Shown piece after piece: positions 37,410 to 46,743 of a DNA stretch of 64,000 bases. Each line of letters starts with the position of its first letter. The first letter of the stretch is position 1. The position numbers were made by a program, and so were the translations under genes. The notes under the pieces are model-generated. The model saw nothing but the letters and a program-made list of their open reading frames with translations. It was not told where the DNA came from and searched no databases. The DNA lies in assembly GCA_031458695.1 (NCBI GenBank), contig JAVKJW010000001.1:1-64000 (forward strand). Reading direction: 5' to 3'. The stretch comes from Candidatus Thermofontivivens primus. Lineage in GTDB: Bacteria; Sysuimicrobiota; Sysuimicrobiia; Sysuimicrobiales; Thermofontiviventaceae.

Positions 37410-38039
37410 GTGGCGACGGTCCACGTCTATGTTGCCGCCTCTGAGACTCTGATTCGCGAGGGGTTACGTTGCCTCTTCTCCCGGGATCCCACGATCGAGG
37501 TGATCGACGGCTCCCCCCTCGACTCCCTCTGTGAGGCCGAACAAGTCCCAGACGTAGCCATCCTCGTCGTAGGCGTCCCCACCGGGGATTCCGTGGAGGT
37601 GATCCGCAACCTCTGCCGACGCTTTCCCAAGATCAAAGTCCTCGCCCTCGTCGCTTCCTCGGCACAGGAGGCGATGCTCTCCGCTCTCCGCGCCGGCGCT
37701 GCTGGCTGCCTACCCCTCGATGCCGACCCGGGAGATTTAATCGCCGCGGTCCGTACCCTCGCTCAGGGGGAATGTTATCTTCATCCCCTAGCGGCCGCCG
37801 CGATCATGAACGAGTACCGCCAGGGAGAGGCAGCGTCTTGCGCCCACCTTAGCCCTCGTGAGGAGGAGATCCTCTCCCTCCTCGCCTCAGGAGCAACCAA
37901 TCGGGAGATCGCAAAGAGGCTCCACCTGAGCACGCGGACAGTGGAAGCGCACCGGGCGAAGATCATGGCCAAGCTCGGAGCGCAGCACCTGGTGGACCTT
38001 ATCCGCCACGCCATCCGGCGCGGGCTTATCAAGCTGTAG
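37410..38039 (+). CDS. NarL/LuxR-family regulator with degenerate receiver
   Basis: HTH LSPREEEIL..LSTRTVEAHRAKIM; REC lacks acidic pair, phospho-Asp (PDVAILVV) and Lys. Confidence 0.85.
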   Translation: MATVHVYVAASETLIREGLRCLFSRDPTIEVIDGSPLDSLCEAEQVPDVAILVVGVPTGDSVEVIRNLCRRFPKIKVLALVASSAQEAMLSALRAGAAGCLPLDADPGDLIAAVRTLAQGECYLHPLAAAAIMNEYRQGEAASCAHLSPREEEILSLLASGATNREIAKRLHLSTRTVEAHRAKIMAKLGAQHLVDLIRHAIRRGLIKL

Positions 38040-38075
38040 GAGTTTGACCCCAAGCCCCGAATTACTTTCCTCACG

Positions 38076-39305
38076 ATGAAAGCGCTCCAGTTCGGCTTCA
38101 GCATCCCCCGGTACCTCCTGGGGAAGGTCCTAGGCCACAGGTTCCCCAGGATCCTATGGAGTCGGTTTGCCTCACTGCAGTACACCGATGCTCCCGAACC
38201 CCAGCTTCCCTGGGGAGAGTGGGTGAAGATCGCCGTGCACCTCGGTGGCATCTGTGGAAGCGACCTCCACCTTCTCTTCCTGGACGATAGTCCCTCCCTC
38301 TCTCCCTTCGCTTCCTTCCCGTTCATCCCAGGTCACGAGATCGTGGGTACGGTGGTAGAGGTAGGTCCGGAGGCAGGAGAGATCAAACCTGGAGAACGGG
38401 TCGCGGTGGACCCGCTCCTTCCCTGCGCGGCGCGCGGGCTCGAACTCTGCCAAGCCTGTAGCCGTGGGGACTTCAACCTATGCACCCGGTTCACCGACGG
38501 CCGCCTGAGCCCGGGCATCCTCATCGGGGGGTGCAGGGATACAGGGGGAGGGTGGGGGCCTTACGTGGTAGCCCATAAGAGCCAGGTGTTGAAGGTGCCC
38601 CCTACGGTGACCGATGAGAACGCCGTCATGGTGGATCCCCTGGCGATCTCGATCCATGCCGTGGTGCGCCATCCGCCAGGGGATGCGGATACCGTCCTGG
38701 TGATCGGCGGGGGTGTGATCGGCATCTGCGTGATCGCTGCCCTCCGGGCCCTTGGGTTCCGTGGGAGGATCGTCGTCCTGGCGAAGTACCCTTACCAAGC
38801 CAAGACAGCACAAGCATATGGGGCGAATGAAACCATCCTCCTCCAGAGGGGCGATGGGCACTACGATGCCCTGGCCGACGTCCTTGGGGGACGCTTGCTC
38901 CAGCCGGTGCTAGGGAAGCGGGTCCTGGTGGGAGGAGCGGATGTGACCTATGAGTGCGTGGGAACGGGACGGAGCATTGACGATGCTCTTCGCCTCACAA
39001 GGAGCCGGGGGAAGGTGGTCCTGGTTGGCCTCGCCGCGATCCCGAAAGGGGTGGATTGGACATTCATTTGGCTCCATGAACTCCAGGTCCTCGGAACCAT
39101 CAATGGGGCTCTCGAGACGCTCCAGGGACAACGACAGAAGGCGCACGAGATCGCCCTCGATCTCCTGGCCCAAGGGAAGGTAGATCTCAGCCCGTTGGTG
39201 ACCCACCGGTTCCCTCTTGATGCCTACCCGGAGGCTTTTTCAACCGCCACGGGCAAGAGCCGCAACAGGGTATTCAAGGTAGTTTTCCAGCACGTTCACG
39301 CATAA
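38076..39305 (+). CDS. Zinc-dependent MDR alcohol/polyol dehydrogenase
   Basis: GICGSD, PGHE, structural Cys cluster, GGGVIG, THRFPL. Confidence 0.9.
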   Translation: MKALQFGFSIPRYLLGKVLGHRFPRILWSRFASLQYTDAPEPQLPWGEWVKIAVHLGGICGSDLHLLFLDDSPSLSPFASFPFIPGHEIVGTVVEVGPEAGEIKPGERVAVDPLLPCAARGLELCQACSRGDFNLCTRFTDGRLSPGILIGGCRDTGGGWGPYVVAHKSQVLKVPPTVTDENAVMVDPLAISIHAVVRHPPGDADTVLVIGGGVIGICVIAALRALGFRGRIVVLAKYPYQAKTAQAYGANETILLQRGDGHYDALADVLGGRLLQPVLGKRVLVGGADVTYECVGTGRSIDDALRLTRSRGKVVLVGLAAIPKGVDWTFIWLHELQVLGTINGALETLQGQRQKAHEIALDLLAQGKVDLSPLVTHRFPLDAYPEAFSTATGKSRNRVFKVVFQHVHA

Positions 39306-39353
39306 GTATCTCCTCGTCGCGTTATTCGCCTACCCCCTTTGTACGTAGTAACC

Positions 39354-39392
39354 TTTTCACAATTTCCCCATCCCCCCTTCAAGATATCTTCA
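39354..39392 (+). promoter_or_regulatory. Four 11-bp-periodic hexamer repeats; candidate OmpR-family boxes
   Basis: TTTTCA(39354), TCCCCA(39365), CCTTCA(39376), TCTTCA(39387). Confidence 0.55.
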
Positions 39393-39481
39393 TGATGGGA
39401 GAGTACCCTGGAAGTGCGGGCTCAGCGTGAAGATCCTCAAGCAGTGAGGTATGATGTACACTAGGAAAAGGAGGGAATCGC

Positions 39482-39829
39482 ATGAACCAGAGGACATTGG
39501 TGTGGGTTGTCGTGGCCGTCCTTCTCCTTCTCCTCCTTGGCCCCGTGCTCGGCGGGCTCGGATGGGGAGGAATGGGGTGGATGATGGGCCCTTGGATGAT
39601 GGGAGGGTGGCGTGGTTGGGGCGGATACGGCCCCTGGGGGTGGGGGTTCTGGATTGGACCCTTGGTGATGGTCCTTCTCCTCGTAGTGGTGGCGATTGCG
39701 ATCGTGACCATGCTGACACGCGCGCGCTCTGTCCATGAGGAGTCTCCCTTAGAGATTCTCAAGCGCCGCTATGCGCGGGGGGAGATCACCAAGGAGGAGT
39801 TCGAGCAGCTGAAGCGCGATCTGGGCTAG
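39482..39829 (+). CDS. SHOCT-domain membrane protein, Gly/Met/Trp-rich
   Basis: PLEILKRRYARGEITKEEFE. Confidence 0.85.
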   Translation: MNQRTLVWVVVAVLLLLLLGPVLGGLGWGGMGWMMGPWMMGGWRGWGGYGPWGWGFWIGPLVMVLLLVVVAIAIVTMLTRARSVHEESPLEILKRRYARGEITKEEFEQLKRDLG

Positions 39830-39932
39830 GAACCCCCAGCGAAATCTTTGGCAAGATTTCGCTGGGATCGCTCAGGAGTGGACAAGCAGTCTGTGTACTG
39901 CTTAAAGACCCTCTCCTGGGAAGGGATGGATC

Positions 39933-40628
39933 GTGGCAAAGAGGACGGTCTTGGTTGTAGACGATGAGCGGGAGATCGTGGATCTGCTGCGCTCCTACCT
40001 GGAGCGCGATGGATACCGCGTCCTGGTTGCTTACGATGGGAGGGAAGCCCTGGAGATCGCCCGCCGCGACCGCCCTGATCTCATGATCCTGGACCTGATG
40101 CTCCCTGAAGTAGACGGGTGGGAAGTGTGCCGGCAGGTGCGGGCCACCTCCTCCATCCCTATCATCATGCTTACTGCAAGGGATGAGGAGACAGACAAGC
40201 TCGTTGGACTGGAACTCGGCGCCGATGATTATATCACCAAACCGTTCAGCCCTCGTGAGGTGGTTGCCCGGGTGCGCGCAGTCCTGCGCCGGGCGGCGGG
40301 AGAGGGTCCACCACCGGTGAAGATCGTGGCAGGGGACGTGGAGATCGATCCGGCCCGGTTTGAAGTCCGGCGGGGCGGGGAGGTGATCCACTTGACGCCT
40401 ACGGAGTTCAAACTCCTGGAGGTCCTTGCCCGAAACCCAGGGAGAACCTTTACCCGCCTTCAACTCATCGACCAGGTCCACGGGTACGCTTTCGAGGGAT
40501 ACGAGCGCACCATCGACGCGCATGTGAAGAACCTCCGACAGAAACTGGAACCTGACCCCCGCCACCCCCGCTACATCCTCACGGTGTATGGTGTGGGATA
40601 CAAGTTCAGCGAGACAGGCGGGAATTAG
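39933..40628 (+). CDS. OmpR-family response regulator
   Basis: VVDDE, LDLMLP, GADDYITKPF, ERTIDAHVKNLR, TVYGVGY. Confidence 0.95.
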   Translation: MAKRTVLVVDDEREIVDLLRSYLERDGYRVLVAYDGREALEIARRDRPDLMILDLMLPEVDGWEVCRQVRATSSIPIIMLTARDEETDKLVGLELGADDYITKPFSPREVVARVRAVLRRAAGEGPPPVKIVAGDVEIDPARFEVRRGGEVIHLTPTEFKLLEVLARNPGRTFTRLQLIDQVHGYAFEGYERTIDAHVKNLRQKLEPDPRHPRYILTVYGVGYKFSETGGN

Positions 40629-40632
40629 AAGG

Positions 40633-41751
40633 ATGCGAAGCCTCACGGTAAAACTCACGCTGGCATTCCTTGCCATCGCTTTCATCTCGGTGGGGATGGT
40701 TGGATTTCTTGCCAACCGAGCGACCCAGATGCAGTTCGGTTCGTACCTCGAACAAAACCCTTGGCTTGAACGGATGGGGCCGGGGATGGCTTTGCACATG
40801 CAGCGGATGATGCTCCAGATGTTTGGCCCTCCGGAGCGCCGGTTCTTAGCCCGGGTAAACCGGGCCATCTGGCTCTCTGCCCTCGCCTCCGGTATCCTTG
40901 CCACAATACTCGGCCTCCTGTTGACGCGCCAACTCACAGCTCCGCTCAGGGAACTGGCAACAGCGGCCCGCCGGATTGGGAGGGGAGAGCTCAGGCAGAT
41001 GGTTGAGGTGTACGCCGATGATGAGCTTGGTGAAGTCGCGCAGGCCTTTAATGCCATGGCCGCTGCGTTGAATAAACAGGAGGAGCTCCGCCGCCAGCTT
41101 CTGGCCGACATCGCCCACGAGCTCGGAACGCCCCTTGCCGTTATCCAAGGGAACCTTGAGGGGATGCTCGATGGGGTGATCGAGCCAACAGCTGAGAGGC
41201 TCGCTTCTCTGCATACGCACGTCGGCCTCCTTGCTCGTCTGGTCAAGGACCTGCGAGATCTTTCCCTGGCGCAAGCCGGCCAGCTCACTCTCCACCCAGA
41301 GAGGCTGGACCTCGCGAGGACCATCCAGGAGATCATAGAAGTCGTCCGGCCCAGGGCTGAGGAAAAAGGTATCACCCTGGTCACTTCCGTCGACACTGTT
41401 CCTCCCGTCTTGGTCGACCCCCATCGCCTAGCCCAGGTCCTCCATAATCTCCTGGACAATGCTTTGCGTCATACCCCTCCAGGTGGTACCGTGGAGATCG
41501 TGGCGAGGCAAGAAAATAAGATGGTCCGCGTCTCGGTAAGGGACACAGGTTCAGGAATCCCCCCCGAGGACCTCCCCCACGTATTTGACCGGTTTTACCG
41601 GGTGGACAGATCCAGATCACGTGCAACAGGCGGGACCGGGCTTGGTCTGGCAGTTGTGAAGCACGTTGTGGAAGCCTCTGGTGGGCAGGTTTTCGTGGAG
41701 AGCAAGATGGGCCAAGGGAGCACCTTCTCCTTTACCCTCCCCATGGCCTAA
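40633..41751 (+). CDS. HAMP-HisKA sensor kinase (BaeS-like)
   Basis: DIAHELGTPL, NLLDNALRH, DTGSGI, FYRVDRSR, GTGLGL. Confidence 0.95.
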   Translation: MRSLTVKLTLAFLAIAFISVGMVGFLANRATQMQFGSYLEQNPWLERMGPGMALHMQRMMLQMFGPPERRFLARVNRAIWLSALASGILATILGLLLTRQLTAPLRELATAARRIGRGELRQMVEVYADDELGEVAQAFNAMAAALNKQEELRRQLLADIAHELGTPLAVIQGNLEGMLDGVIEPTAERLASLHTHVGLLARLVKDLRDLSLAQAGQLTLHPERLDLARTIQEIIEVVRPRAEEKGITLVTSVDTVPPVLVDPHRLAQVLHNLLDNALRHTPPGGTVEIVARQENKMVRVSVRDTGSGIPPEDLPHVFDRFYRVDRSRSRATGGTGLGLAVVKHVVEASGGQVFVESKMGQGSTFSFTLPMA

Positions 41752-41773
41752 GTAACCCCTCTCTGCGAAATGC

Positions 41774-41950
41774 CTAACATCCCTCGCCGAAGCCACTGGC
41801 CTCTACCCCGAGCCAGCGGAACTGGACGGCGTAAAGTCCTAGAAGGCAAACATCGCAGAGGATCCGATACCCGAAGGGCCATGCATCGGGCATCTCGGCG
41901 ATCTCCACCGGGGTCTGGCACCGCTCACACCGTTCTCTCATCTCCACCAT
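41774..41950 (-). CDS. Small putative zinc-finger protein (58 aa)
   Basis: MVEMRERCERC...CDVC...; GGAGGGGAGG RBS. Confidence 0.5.
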   Translation of the reverse strand: MVEMRERCERCQTPVEIAEMPDAWPFGYRILCDVCLLGLYAVQFRWLGVEASGFGEGC

Positions 41951-42028
41951 GCTGGGTACCTCCCCTCCTTGGAATCCCTGCTCGCAAACCACACGAAATC
42001 TCCTCCCAAGGCTTCGCCAGGCCTCCTT

Positions 42029-42066
42029 AAAAAGGCGACGCCCCTCGCACATGCGAGAGGCGTCGC
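42029..42066 (-). terminator. Intrinsic terminator-like hairpin just downstream of a strong promoter
   Basis: GCGACGCCTCTCGC-ATGT-GCGAGGGGCGTCGC-CTTTTT. Confidence 0.7.
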
Positions 42067-42083
42067 GGCCTTAGCTTGGGTTC

Positions 42084-42112
42084 TTTATACCACAGGAACG
42101 GGGAGAAGTCAA
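42084..42112 (-). promoter_or_regulatory. Sigma70 promoter divergent from the cox operon
   Basis: TTGACT-N17-TATAAA with extended TG. Confidence 0.7.
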
Positions 42113-42138
42113 CCTCATGGACACGGCGAACAACCCTC

Positions 42139-42167
42139 TTGACCTCCCTCCCGGGATATTGTAAAGT
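42139..42167 (+). promoter_or_regulatory. Candidate promoter of the first cox operon
   Basis: TTGACC-N17-TAAAGT. Confidence 0.5.
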
Positions 42168-42212
42168 TGTGGTTGATTAAACTATTGGAGATCTCTTTAG
42201 TCTCTTTTAGAG

Positions 42213-43040
42213 ATGGATTCGCTAGAGACCTCGAAAGGTCGCATACACTCAACCGGGAAGGCGTTCGCTGTTGTCCTGTGGATCCTCGTTGCGGCTGCGG
42301 TCCTCGGGACCATCGGGGCTAGCCGTCGCTGGTGGCTCCCTCCTCTCGCCTCCACCCAGGGGGCAGATGTCGATCGTCTCTTCTACCTCACCCTTGCCAT
42401 CACCAGCTTGGTGTTCGTCCTCGTGCAGATCCTGCTGGGTGTGTTCGTCTACCGGTTCATCGCCACAAAAGAAGAGAGGGCTGCCTCCTGGCATGAGCAT
42501 CGGGGGTTAGAGGTCTCCTGGACTTTGATCACCGCCGTTGTCCTTACCATCCTCATCTCCATGGGAGGGCTGGTGTGGGCAAAGCTCCATCAGCCTCCGC
42601 CAGCTGGCGCCCTCGTTGTCGAGGTGACGGCAGAACAGTTCGGATGGCGCATCCGGTATCCTGGCCCTGATGAGAAATTTGGGCGCACCGCACCGCAGCT
42701 CATCAGCGCGACAAACCCGCTTGGAATCGACCCAGCGGACCCGGCTGGCCAGGACGACGTTGTGACCCTGAACGACCTTCGCCTCGTGGAGAACCACCCC
42801 GTGCGTATCCTTATTCGCTCCAAGGACGTGATCCACAGCTTCTTCCTCCCCAACTTCCGCATCAAACAGGACGCTGTACCGGGGATGGCTGTGGAGGTGT
42901 GGTTCACCCCTCGAGTTGCCGGCGACTACCCCATTGCCTGTGCGGAGCTGTGTGGGGTCGGCCACTACATCATGCGGGGTCAGGTGAAGGTTGTCTCCCA
43001 GGAGGAATTCGAGAGATGGCTCCAAGGGAAGCGGGAGTAG
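42213..43040 (+). CDS. coxB: Cytochrome c oxidase subunit II (oxidase 1)
   Basis: DVIHSF, CuA motif CAELCGVGHYIM; no fused heme c. Confidence 0.95.
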   Translation: MDSLETSKGRIHSTGKAFAVVLWILVAAAVLGTIGASRRWWLPPLASTQGADVDRLFYLTLAITSLVFVLVQILLGVFVYRFIATKEERAASWHEHRGLEVSWTLITAVVLTILISMGGLVWAKLHQPPPAGALVVEVTAEQFGWRIRYPGPDEKFGRTAPQLISATNPLGIDPADPAGQDDVVTLNDLRLVENHPVRILIRSKDVIHSFFLPNFRIKQDAVPGMAVEVWFTPRVAGDYPIACAELCGVGHYIMRGQVKVVSQEEFERWLQGKRE

Positions 43041-43056
43041 ATAAAGGAGAGGAAAG

Positions 43057-44790
43057 ATGAGTGCACACCAGACCCATACTGTCGTCGCGCACAAGGAGAG
43101 CTTCCTCCGCCGGTACATCTTTAGCCAGGACCACAAGATCATCGGGATCCAGTACTACCTCACTTCCTTATTCATGGCCGTCGTCGGTGGGATCCTGGCG
43201 ATGCTCATCCGCTTGCAGCTGGGCTGGCCGGGGAGCTCAGGGATCCGGCCCGATGCCTACCTCGCCTTTGTGACGATGCATGGGACGATCATGATCTTCT
43301 TCTTCCTCACCACCATCCTCACTGGAGGGTTCGGAAACTTCCTCATCCCCCTCCAGATCGGAGCAAGGGATATGGCCTTTCCCTTCTTGAACATGCTCTC
43401 CTACTGGCTGTTCCCTCCTGCGATCATCGTGCTCCTCGCTTCGTTCTTTGTCTCGGGTGGAGCCCCGAACTCCGGGTGGACAGCCTATCCGCCCTTGAGC
43501 GCCCTGAAGGAAGCGGCGCCTGGATCTGGCCTTGGGCAGACTCTCTGGCTCATCAGCCTGGCGATCCTCATCGTTGCCTTCCTATTCGGCTCCCTCAACT
43601 ACATCACGACGGTTCTGACCCTACGGACCCGCGGGATGTCCATGATGCGCCTCCCGTTAACGATCTGGGCGTTGTTCATTACCGCCATCCTCTCCCTCCT
43701 GGCGTTTCCCGTGTTGCTCGCGGCGGCGGTCATGCTCTTGTTTGACCGCATCGCCGGGACCAGCTTCTTCCTCCCTGCGGGCCTCGTCGTGGGAGGAAAG
43801 CTCATCCCATCCGCCGGCGGTTCTCCTCTCCTGTGGCAGCACCTCTTCTGGTTCCTGGGGCATCCAGAGGTCTATGTCCTGATTCTTCCTCCCATGGGAT
43901 TTGTCTCGGATATCCTGTCCACGTTCTCCCGGAAGCCCATCTTTGGGTACAAGGTAATGGTGGCATCCATTAGTGCCATCGGCTTCCTGAGCTTCATCGT
44001 CTGGGGCCACCACATGTTCGTGAGTGGCATGAATCCATGGTTGGGAACAGCGTTCATGGCCACGACGCTCGTCATTGCCGTTCCTTCAGCCATTAAGACA
44101 TTCAACTGGCTGGCCACTTTGTACAAGGCACGGATCACGATCTCCACGCCCATGCTCTTCGCGCTCGGGTTTGTCTCCCTGTTCGTCACCGGGGGGCTCA
44201 CAGGGATCTTTCTAGGCTCCCCCACCATTGACATCCAACTCCACGACACCTACTTTGTCGTGGCTCACTTCCATTTCGTGATGGCAAGCGCCGCGCTGTT
44301 CGGCGTCTTCGCCGGGACCTACTACTGGTTTCCTAAGATGTTCGGGCGCATGATGTCTGAACGCCTGGGTCGGTGGCACTTCTGGCTGACCTTCCTAGGG
44401 ATCTACGCCACTTTCTTCCCGATGCACTACCTGGGCATCGCCGGGATGATGCGGCGTATCTACTCGCCGCTGCTGTACCCGCACCTCCAGCCGCTCCAGC
44501 CCCTCAACGTCTTCATCTCCGTGGCCGCGTTCGTCCTAGGAGTAAGCCAGCTGATCTTCGCTTTCAACTTCTTCTGGAGCCTGTTCCGTGGGGAGAAAGC
44601 CCCGGTGAACCCCTGGAGGGCCAACACCCTGGAGTGGACAGCTCCTTCCCCACCGCCGCACGGAAACTGGGGAGAGACCCTCCCCACCGTCCACCGGTGG
44701 CCATACGATTACAGCGTCCCAGATGCGCGCGAGGACTACATCCCCCAGACCGTCCCCGTTGCTGTACCTGGCGCACGTCGTGAGGTATGA
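43057..44790 (+). CDS. coxA: Cytochrome c oxidase subunit I, A1 type
   Basis: DHK, MHG, WFLGHPEVY, WGHH, AHFH. Confidence 0.97.
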   Translation: MSAHQTHTVVAHKESFLRRYIFSQDHKIIGIQYYLTSLFMAVVGGILAMLIRLQLGWPGSSGIRPDAYLAFVTMHGTIMIFFFLTTILTGGFGNFLIPLQIGARDMAFPFLNMLSYWLFPPAIIVLLASFFVSGGAPNSGWTAYPPLSALKEAAPGSGLGQTLWLISLAILIVAFLFGSLNYITTVLTLRTRGMSMMRLPLTIWALFITAILSLLAFPVLLAAAVMLLFDRIAGTSFFLPAGLVVGGKLIPSAGGSPLLWQHLFWFLGHPEVYVLILPPMGFVSDILSTFSRKPIFGYKVMVASISAIGFLSFIVWGHHMFVSGMNPWLGTAFMATTLVIAVPSAIKTFNWLATLYKARITISTPMLFALGFVSLFVTGGLTGIFLGSPTIDIQLHDTYFVVAHFHFVMASAALFGVFAGTYYWFPKMFGRMMSERLGRWHFWLTFLGIYATFFPMHYLGIAGMMRRIYSPLLYPHLQPLQPLNVFISVAAFVLGVSQLIFAFNFFWSLFRGEKAPVNPWRANTLEWTAPSPPPHGNWGETLPTVHRWPYDYSVPDAREDYIPQTVPVAVPGARREV

Positions 44791-44834
44791 GTCGTAGGTG
44801 ACACAACAGATAGACGATAGACAGGGAAGATAAG

Positions 44835-45479
44835 ATGACTCAGCTCCTCGTAAAGGAAAAGACAAAGGAAAGCGCCGCCTACTGGGGAACCGGTTTTGAT
44901 AGGGATCCACCCGGAGGAGGTGGATGGGGGTTCGAGGAAGCCATGCCCTCATCCCGGTATAGCGCCAGGATCGCGGTGTGGTTCCTTCTCGCGGCCATCG
45001 CTATGCTCTTCATGGCCTTCACCAGCACGTACCTGTCGAGACGGACGGTGGCGGACTGGGTGCCCATCGCAGCGCCACGGATTCTCTGGGCCAACACAAC
45101 GATCCTCCTGGTAAGCAGTGGCTTGCTGGAGTGGTCTCGGCGGGCCCTCAGGCGCGGCAGCCTCTGGAGCGCGCAACGTGGCTTCCTGGGGACCACCTTG
45201 CTGGGGTGCACCTTCCTGGCCGGCCAAATCCTCGCTTGGCGTCAGCTCGTCCGCCAGGGGATCGGGCTCCAGGGGAGTCCCCACGGCGCCTTCTTCTTCC
45301 TCCTCACCGGCGCCCATGGGCTCCACATCCTGGGAGCGATCCTCGCCCTTGCCTTCGTGACCTTCTCCGCGTGGAAGGGGCGTTATTCGCCGGGTAACAT
45401 GGAACCCGTCGACCTGAGTGCGACCTTCTGGCACTTCCTCGACGGGCTGTGGTTGTACCTGTTCTTGTTACTCTTCTGA
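44835..45479 (+). CDS. Cytochrome c oxidase subunit III (CoxO-like)
   Basis: LTGAHGLH, FWHFLDGLW. Confidence 0.9.
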   Translation: MTQLLVKEKTKESAAYWGTGFDRDPPGGGGWGFEEAMPSSRYSARIAVWFLLAAIAMLFMAFTSTYLSRRTVADWVPIAAPRILWANTTILLVSSGLLEWSRRALRRGSLWSAQRGFLGTTLLGCTFLAGQILAWRQLVRQGIGLQGSPHGAFFFLLTGAHGLHILGAILALAFVTFSAWKGRYSPGNMEPVDLSATFWHFLDGLWLYLFLLLF

Positions 45480-45497
45480 CCCTAAGGAGTTGGAGAG

Positions 45498-46154
45498 ATG
45501 GGAGAGAGCCCTGCTGTACAGACAATGGCCGTCAGAACGCTGCAGGAGATCGACCAGGAGCAGGTCCTGACATCTGACTGGGGCGGCGGACGCTCTCCTT
45601 TCGGGGTGAGCTGGGCCAAGTTCATGATGTGGATCTTCCTCGCCTCCGACGCCCTTACTTTCGCGGGGTTGCTCTCGGGGTACGGGGTGGCCAGGCTCCA
45701 CAGCGGGAACTGGCCGAGACAAGGGGAGATCTTCAACCTGTGGGTTGTGGCCACGATGACGTTCATCCTCATCTGCAGCAGCGCCACCATGGCTATGGCC
45801 GTCGGCTCGGCACGGCGTGGTGACCGGACAGCTGCAGTTCGGTTCCTGGCCCTGACCATCCTGGGTGGCCTCTCCTTCCTTGGCATGCAGGCCTATGAGT
45901 GGACGAACTTTATCCTCGAGGGGGCCCGCCTCACCACGAATCCCTGGGGGGTTCCTTTGTTCAGCGCCACCTTCTTTGTGATCACAGGGTTTCATGGAGG
46001 GCACGTGACAAGCGGCGTCCTGTACCTCCTGGGCGTCACCATCCGTGCTTTGCGCGGGCGCTATTCAGCCGAGGGCGTAGAGATTGCAGGTCTGTACTGG
46101 CACTTCGTGGACCTGGTCTGGGTCTTCATCTTCACGTTGCTGTATCTGATTTAG
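45498..46154 (+). CDS. Cytochrome c oxidase subunit III (CoxP-like)
   Basis: KFMMWIFLASD, ITGFHGGHV, GLYWHFVDLVW. Confidence 0.92.
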   Translation: MGESPAVQTMAVRTLQEIDQEQVLTSDWGGGRSPFGVSWAKFMMWIFLASDALTFAGLLSGYGVARLHSGNWPRQGEIFNLWVVATMTFILICSSATMAMAVGSARRGDRTAAVRFLALTILGGLSFLGMQAYEWTNFILEGARLTTNPWGVPLFSATFFVITGFHGGHVTSGVLYLLGVTIRALRGRYSAEGVEIAGLYWHFVDLVWVFIFTLLYLI

Positions 46155-46157
46155 CTG

Positions 46158-46192
46158 GGAGTGAGCAGTAAGGAGTCAGGAGTTAGGAGTAA
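46158..46192 (+). repeat. Heptamer tandem repeat (GGAGTNA)x5, intergenic
   Basis: ggagtga gcagtaa ggagtca ggagtta ggagtaa. Confidence 0.7.
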
Positions 46193-46208
46193 AGGAGAGG
46201 GAGGAAGA

Positions 46209-46502
46209 ATGGAAGGCGCAGGGCACGGTGGATACAAGATCTACATCCTCACCTGGTTCTGGCTGCTCGTCATCACAGCCCTTGAGGTCAGTATCACCCT
46301 AGTGCACATGCCAAAGATGCTTATGGCCTCCCTGCTTATCCTCCTGGCCCTCATGAAGGTCGCCCTCATCGCCGCATACTTCATGCACCTGCGGTTTGAG
46401 CGCTTGAGCCTCGTCTATGTCGCGGTGACGCCTCTGGTCTTCGCGGCCATCCTCTTCTTCGCCCTCGTGCCAGACGCCACCCGTCTCCCGGGCCTCCGGT
46501 GA
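46209..46502 (+). CDS. Cytochrome c oxidase subunit IV
   Basis: 3 TM; KVALIAAYFMHLRFE. Confidence 0.88.
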   Translation: MEGAGHGGYKIYILTWFWLLVITALEVSITLVHMPKMLMASLLILLALMKVALIAAYFMHLRFERLSLVYVAVTPLVFAAILFFALVPDATRLPGLR

Positions 46503-46743
46503 ACGGGGTTAACCAAAAAGTTGTCCCCGCAAGGCCGCGGCCTTAGCCAAGGGGGTAAGGCGGCAGGTTTATCGTATCCAAACGGCTGGAAGGAGCTAGG
46601 TGGAAGTGCCGTCAGACCCGGTACTCGGCGTCCAAGTTGTGAGGGGTAGTGGAGGGCGTGGAGGCACAGCAATCGCGTGGACGCGCAAGAGGCGGTGGGT
46701 GGAAACCGGATATCCGAAAGTAAGGCATAAAGGGGGGAGGCAA

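Noticed and set aside
42167..42184. Rex-like site TTGTGGTTGATTAAACTA at the cox promoter
   Set aside because: Too many mismatches to TTGTGAA-N4-TTCACAA to call.
42064..46547. 12-bp direct repeat CGCGGCCTTAGC flanking the first cox operon
   Set aside because: Repeated 12-mers are expected by chance in 64 kb of GC-rich DNA; no mobile-element context.
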